A stretch of 64,000 nucleotides of DNA from assembly GCF_037042905.1 (NCBI RefSeq), contig NC_087248.1:20956001-21020000 (forward strand), in the 5' to 3' direction. Made by a program: the position numbers and the translations under genes. The notes under the pieces were generated by a model that ran no database searches, was not told where the DNA came from, and saw only the letters and a list, made by a program, of their open reading frames with translations. This document shows, piece after piece, positions 62,201-64,000 of this stretch (positions are counted from its first letter, which is position 1; every line of letters starts with the position of its first letter). The DNA is from Lytechinus pictus. Lineage: Eukaryota.

Positions 62201-63858
62201 TCGCTCTTTCAGATAAGCTTTTTTTGAAAATAATTTTTGGTTTTTGGAGACTAAATTACTATTTTGGCTATTTACAGAGAACCTTACCTGGTGACTTATT
62301 GGTCGTTTTGGGGTGGTAGGTCCCATTTGTGGTAACAATCATAAACATAATTTTTAGAGAGTTCTACAAATGAATATAGTGTTTCTACATGACATGTGTC
62401 AATAAAAATATTGTTTCAGAAGAAAAAGAGTAGTTGCTGAGATATTAGCCCAATAATCATATCATTCTGTTAGATTGACAGTCCTTTTATCGGCGCAGTT
62501 ACATGTACATGTGAATAGTACATGAACCCATGTGTTTGGGGATTTTCAGTATACTGGGGTTGTGGGGTTTTAGTCTCGATTTGATTTCTTCACGGTGTTT
62601 TGTTCATGTAACTGTCAGTACTTACCAGAATGATATCTTTGATTGCAAGGTAATGACTAAACATGGTTTGAAGAAGTGCTCTGAAATTGATTGCCCATTG
62701 CTTTGACTCTATCCTCGCCAGCTTTAATTCTCTCCGGCCTTTCTAATTGGCTAATTCTTGTCTCTAATCTTGTCGTACGATATAGATATGATATTTTTTC
62801 AATTATTCCTATACCTGATCATGTTTAGCTGAAAAGAAGGAGATTGAAGTGTTCATTCCCCCAGCCCCGTCACCCACCCCACCCCCATTGGCCCCCTCCC
62901 CCAAGGGCAAACGAGGAGGGTCAGGAAAGAAGGGTAAGCAGCAACAACAACAACAGCAACAACAAGCGGAAGCAGAGAGACAAGCCCAACTTCTGGCCGA
63001 ACAACAACAGAAAGAGGTTAGTTCATTATTCGGTATAACTTTGTTTCCAGTTTCAGAGTCTTGTGTCAGCTCCCGCTCCTGCATCCGTGAATCATCATAT
63101 CTGGTAGTTTTCCAGAGGTCATTAAAGACATTTTCTCTTTAATAGGTAATAACTTGTGCTTTATGTATGCAGTCTTAAAAATGGACATACTGAAGCTTTT
63201 TGATATGCACTCATCCGAGTAAAATCGTCAATGGGGCCTAGACCACCCAATCTCGCGGATCTGATTTGATCTTTACTGTGAAATAGAATAGTTGATACCT
63301 TAACACAGGTATCCCAGCCATGGCGTAATTTCCTTCAGCAAGAAATTGATCCAAGATGTGCTGCACTCAACCCAGATGGGTACCTGGTAGGAATTTATTC
63401 CTTGAAATGCAGTGCACATAACAGCTGCTTTGCTAAAGCTAGCCACTGCTTTAATGTAGAGCACTTGGAAACTTCTGATAATGTAAGTGTTAAGTGCCTT
63501 TTAAGCATTTATAATTATTAGTATTATTATTATATAACATGGACATCTAAATATTTCAATTTTTATTTCCACTTTAGAAAAAAAAAAAATATACAAATCA
63601 ATACAATATTCAATTCATTTCAATACTAGTATAGTGGGGTATCATAAAAATCACAACTGATGGCTTTAAAATTTTAAATGGACCCAATCTGATGGAATTA
63701 CCCAGTTTGCATCATTGTATTTCAGGAGGAGGAGAGACGTAAGAGGGAGCTGGAAGCGGAAGAGGCAGCAGCTGAGCCTGAGATCCCTCCGTTCCAGCAG
63801 CTTTTTGTCTCGTGTCCCGATGGTCTCCGTGTGTCCTACATGCAGGAACCTACTGAAG
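26689..63858 (+). CDS. SPAG17: Sperm-associated antigen 17 (PF6 orthologue, central-pair projection protein); spliced, 22 coding exons in window, 3'-incomplete
   Basis: Manual splicing gives one open frame of 3841 nt with GT-AG introns and matching phases. Peptides match vertebrate SPAG17 as I recall it: [149 protein letters not shown]. Confidence 0.95.
27780..28095 (-). mobile_element. tRNA-derived SINE
   Basis: Minus-strand head with A box TAGCTCAGTCGG and B box GGTTTGAGTCC, followed by a body resembling Deu/Nin-type SINE central domains (recognised from memory). Confidence 0.65.
28323..28812. mobile_element. MITE (TGTGACCTACCACC TIR family); inverted copy at 61802-62325
   Basis: TIR-like ends and ~500 bp of reverse-complement similarity to 61802-62325. 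Confidence 0.75.
29020..29260 (-). mobile_element. CR1-group LINE 3' fragment
   Basis: Degenerate translation [16 protein letters not shown]...FKKAI, typical of a CR1 ORF2 C-terminus; in-frame stops. Confidence 0.7.
29488..29628 (+). CDS. SPAG17: SPAG17 exon 2
   Basis: tatacag|[17 protein letters not shown]...TLMEE|gtaagg, phase 0-0. Confidence 0.92.
29837..30031 (+). CDS. SPAG17: SPAG17 exon 3
   Basis: tgacag|VNELGNTK...[26 protein letters not shown]|gtagga, phase 0-0. Confidence 0.92.
30466..32219 (+). mobile_element. Helentron-associated non-autonomous element (HINE / DINE-1-like)
   Basis: T-run, subTIR GTCTCGCCTGCA with nearby inverted partner, (GGC)n microsatellite, central ~180-bp tandem repeats containing GGTCAAAGGTCA, 3' subTIR TGCAGGCGAGAC plus short palindrome, ends in a T-run. 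Confidence 0.8.
31491..32065. mobile_element. TTAA-flanked MITE nested in the HINE
   Basis: TTAA|AGGGGAATCCA ... TGGATTCCCCT|TTAA. Confidence 0.8.
32382..32562 (+). CDS. SPAG17: SPAG17 exon 4
   Basis: ttgcag|ALQNKDVKG...[14 protein letters not shown]|gtaagc, phase 0-1; an in-frame alternative AG lies 9 nt downstream. Confidence 0.9.
32890..33045 (-). mobile_element. tRNA-derived SINE fragment; related copies ~34420-34510 (+), ~61400-61550 (-), ~63300-63400 (+)
   Basis: Minus strand: B-box-like GGGTTTAAATCCC followed by CAAGAAATTTACCCACATTGTGCTGCACTCGACCCAGGTG...AATGGGTACC, shared among the copies. Confidence 0.7.
33395..33592 (+). CDS. SPAG17: SPAG17 exon 5
   Basis: acatag|[19 protein letters not shown]...RPPE|gtaagt, phase 1-1. 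Confidence 0.92.
33626..33758. other. Assembly gap (133 N) within a (GAT/GGT)n microsatellite, SPAG17 intron 5
   Basis: N run flanked by TGGTGG and GATGAT repeats. Confidence 0.99.
34030..34211 (+). CDS. SPAG17: SPAG17 exon 6
   Basis: atccag|IEEEKKK...FWLQHEP...DIARLTY...EKR|gtgagt, phase 1-0. Confidence 0.92.
34939..35074 (+). CDS. SPAG17: SPAG17 exon 7
   Basis: ctacag|[20 protein letters not shown]...|gtatgc, phase 0-1. Confidence 0.92.
35226..35440 (+). CDS. SPAG17: SPAG17 exon 8
   Basis: ctacag|...[30 protein letters not shown]|gtaagg, phase 1-0. Confidence 0.92.
36007..36150 (+). CDS. SPAG17: SPAG17 exon 9
   Basis: ccctag|[12 protein letters not shown]...[11 protein letters not shown]...VEQ|gtaact, phase 0-0. 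Confidence 0.92.
36496..36749 (+). CDS. SPAG17: SPAG17 exon 10
   Basis: tttcag|LKESQNG...[12 protein letters not shown]|gtacga, phase 0-2. Confidence 0.9.
37106..37611. mobile_element. TTAA-flanked MITE (Kolobok-like)
   Basis: TTAA|AGGGATGGTCC ... GGACCATCCCT|TTAA; near-complete internal palindrome. Confidence 0.82.
37840..38081 (+). CDS. SPAG17: SPAG17 exon 11
   Basis: ttacag|[21 protein letters not shown]...WDDPY...|gtaaga, phase 2-1. Confidence 0.92.
38854..38976 (+). CDS. SPAG17: SPAG17 exon 12
   Basis: attcag|[10 protein letters not shown]...RSGRST|gtaaat; 123 nt, phase 1-1, open, lies in a poorly conserved linker. Confidence 0.8.
39216..39483. mobile_element. MITE (CCCGTCTTACAAAGAGTT TIR); second copy 60224-60493
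   Basis: GGGCCCGTCTTACAAAGAGTTACGATTGATC ... GATCAATCGTAACTCTTTGTAAGACGGG. Confidence 0.8.
40568..41806. mobile_element. MITE hosting a tandem dimer of a second element
   Basis: Outer TIR CC(A/G)TATTCTGAAGTC(A/G)GGTTTAA; inner copies at 40778-41231 and 41236-41699. Confidence 0.7.
40778..41699. repeat. Two near-identical ~460-bp direct copies of a TIR element
   Basis: Copies of 454 and 464 bp separated by TTTA; ATGA on both outer flanks. Confidence 0.9.
42422..42439 (+). CDS. SPAG17: Candidate 18-nt SPAG17 microexon (GRPSSA)
   Basis: Long T-rich tract ending in CAG at 42419-42421, then an 18-nt GC-rich island GGCGTCCCTCCAGTGCTG and donor GTATTT; phase 1-1, matching the flanking exons. Confidence 0.5.
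44192..45032. mobile_element. Non-autonomous DNA transposon, AT-flanked (ISL2EU/Harbinger-like ends)
   Basis: AT|GGACCTATTAC..AAATGGACATTCAAC ... GTTGAATGTCCATTTGTAGTAATAGGTCC|AT. Confidence 0.7.
45594..45841 (+). CDS. SPAG17: SPAG17 exon 13
   Basis: ctatag|HFEKDASG...[22 protein letters not shown]|gttagt, phase 1-0. Confidence 0.92.
45970..46596 (+). repeat. ~93-bp (dimeric ~186-bp) tandem array made from the exon-14 acceptor region
   Basis: Units start at about 45971, 46071, 46158, 46253, 46345, 46439 and 46531 (the true exon); all but the most decayed first unit contain GATGTACCCC. Confidence 0.9.
46531..46685 (+). CDS. SPAG17: SPAG17 exon 14
   Basis: taacag|[30 protein letters not shown]...LHSDVGF|gtaagg, phase 0-2. 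Confidence 0.92.
47072..47280 (+). CDS. SPAG17: SPAG17 exon 15
   Basis: gtaaag|[22 protein letters not shown]...KSPK|gtaggc, phase 2-1. Confidence 0.9.
48206..48411 (+). CDS. SPAG17: SPAG17 exon 16
   Basis: ttacag|RRSASPAQ...[10 protein letters not shown]...PVKK|gtatgt, phase 1-0. Confidence 0.92.
48750..48780. repeat. (AATTG)n microsatellite
   Basis: 6 copies. Confidence 0.85.
48780..49386 (+). mobile_element. Second HINE-like element with ~157-bp internal tandem repeat
   Basis: About 2.5 units starting GTCGGAGGTCACATG (48870, 49028, 49184); 3' GGGCGAGA plus CAAAA..TTTTG palindrome and TTGTT end. Confidence 0.65.
49923..54603. mobile_element. 4.7-kb non-autonomous DNA transposon (Sola2-like ends) in SPAG17 intron 16
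   Basis: 25-bp TIR GGGTCATTCCA(T/C)GGGGTTGGGGCAA (24/25 match), ATAT on both flanks, internal repeated motif, no transposase ORF. Confidence 0.8.
54769..54933 (+). CDS. SPAG17: SPAG17 exon 17
   Basis: gtttag|[10 protein letters not shown]...EPERVYP|gtgagt, phase 0-0. Confidence 0.9.
55520..55682. mobile_element. MITE (GTTTCATAAAGCTGTTCGTAA TIR); related copies ~36280-36448 and ~43680-43908
   Basis: GTTTCATAAAGCTGTTCGTAA ... TTACGAGCAGCTTTATGAAAC. Confidence 0.7.
55968..56079 (+). CDS. SPAG17: SPAG17 exon 18
   Basis: catcag|[31 protein letters not shown]...|gtaagt, phase 0-1. Confidence 0.92.
56301..56348 (-). ncRNA. Minimal type I hammerhead ribozyme in the PLE 3' region
   Basis: Minus strand reads CAUUCUC-CUGAGGA-C-GACAAG-AACACA-CUUGUC-GAAA-C-GUC-GAGAUUG: conserved core, 6-bp stem II, stem I UCUC/GAGA, palindromic ACGU in place of stem III. 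Confidence 0.85.
56621..58129 (-). CDS. PLE reverse transcriptase / GIY-YIG endonuclease ORF (N-terminally truncated)
   Basis: ORF track 56621..58153; the first ~8 codons come from flank and TSD, so there is no genuine start. Confidence 0.85.
   Translation of the reverse strand, partial: RVNDKLLSLQRKDVLSRPIYRQLRSSSGLCPIIFGQPKIHKPDTPLRPIVSTRGSPTYALAQHLTYILQPLVGQGVHHVRNSKHFVEQICQMNVSNNDLLISFDVESLFTSVPVKDACAIILERLKFDRTLPDRTQLSPLEIHDLLEMCLNSTSFRWRDTFYRQTEGAAMGSPLSPVVANMFMEHFEETALQSATHKPKVWLRYVDDTFVVWQHGAEETSNFLQHLNSQHECIKFTMEMENEGSIPFLDTKITRTAQGSLSHQVYRKPTHTDRYLNYRSFHHPSVLRSINKTLVKRAHEVSDQIHLRGELEHIKRVLKCNNYPSHKICTELPPSRNPRAGQPKARVVLPYLGAASHKIQRILREADIEVRHSSSNKLQSALTTHKDKRNSKDLPGVYRIPCECGKVYIGETGRSFNTRIKEHKAHGRRDEREKSAIIDHAHTHDHRILWDESRLVTRVPYWYQRRVREALEIEEHNTVPQDSGLQLSNIWLTVLDKEANLPN
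58130..59320. repeat. ~420-bp tandem repeat (~3 copies) interrupted at its start by the PLE
   Basis: Units start AGA(A/G)TATTGTAGT at about 58131, 58559 and 58970; the preceding partial unit is at ~56135-56230. Confidence 0.85.
59487..59690 (+). CDS. SPAG17: SPAG17 exon 19
   Basis: gttcag|[22 protein letters not shown]...|gtaaga, phase 1-1. Confidence 0.92.
60083..60570 (-). mobile_element. Second RTE LINE 3' end, split by a MITE
   Basis: cttacttactgcc-gttatgcctcctgg-gtagggcagcaacaaag matches 12216-12260; homology resumes after about 60493. Confidence 0.75.
60645..60767 (+). CDS. SPAG17: SPAG17 exon 20
   Basis: cgacag|[32 protein letters not shown]...|gtagga, phase 1-1 (CAGAAG tandem acceptor). 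Confidence 0.9.
60789..61191. mobile_element. Palindromic MITE
   Basis: GGCCCGAATTCACAAAGGTGGTTTTGAAAACCCACG ... CGTGGGTTTTCAAAACCACCTTTGTAAATTCGAGCC; arms pair almost to the centre. Confidence 0.8.
61802..62325. mobile_element. MITE, same family as 28323-28812
   Basis: TGTGACCTGCCACCCCAAAAC ... GTTTTGGGGTGGTAGGTC. Confidence 0.75.
62829..63016 (+). CDS. SPAG17: SPAG17 exon 21
   Basis: gtttag|[15 protein letters not shown]...polyQ...QQQKE|gttagt, phase 1-0. Confidence 0.88.
63726..63858 (+). CDS. SPAG17: SPAG17 exon 22 (last in window)
   Basis: tttcag|EEERRKRE...[18 protein letters not shown]...|gtaggg, phase 0-1. Confidence 0.9.
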
Positions 63859-64000
63859 GTAGGGAACCCTAGGTCCATTTTCAACGTTACGGTTTTAAGT
63901 ATGGAAAGCCATTCGTGACACAAATCTCTGACAGTGCATGTTTGATTTATTAGCTCATCTGCCAATCATGGCTCTGTAACACAAAGATTAGCGATCAATC

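Overview
Eukaryotic, AT-rich, repeat-dense genomic DNA; the SINE/MITE repertoire suggests an echinoid (sea urchin), which is inference. The right 37 kb holds the 5' part of SPAG17 (PF6, axonemal central-pair protein) on the + strand. I spliced 22 GT-AG exons by hand (26689..63858, 3841 nt, about 1280 codons, all phases compatible; the gene runs off the window), plus a candidate 18-nt microexon. Head-to-head with it on the - strand is a phase-consistent 4-exon gene (24113..17398) for a 416-aa Pro/Arg/Gly-rich, repeat-containing protein I cannot assign to any family. SPAG17 introns carry: a recent 5'-truncated Penelope-like retroelement (RT + GIY-YIG, 12-bp TSD) with a minimal hammerhead ribozyme; a 4.7-kb TIR element; Helentron-type HINEs; many MITEs and SINEs; and three separate tandem duplications that copy SPAG17 splice sites to make decoy acceptors or pseudo-exons, one of which looks like an alternative last exon. 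The left 16 kb is non-genic: hairpin-containing satellites (46, ~58 and 19 bp), twin long palindromes, an RTE LINE 3' fragment and an old inverted duplication. There is an assembly gap at 33626-33758.
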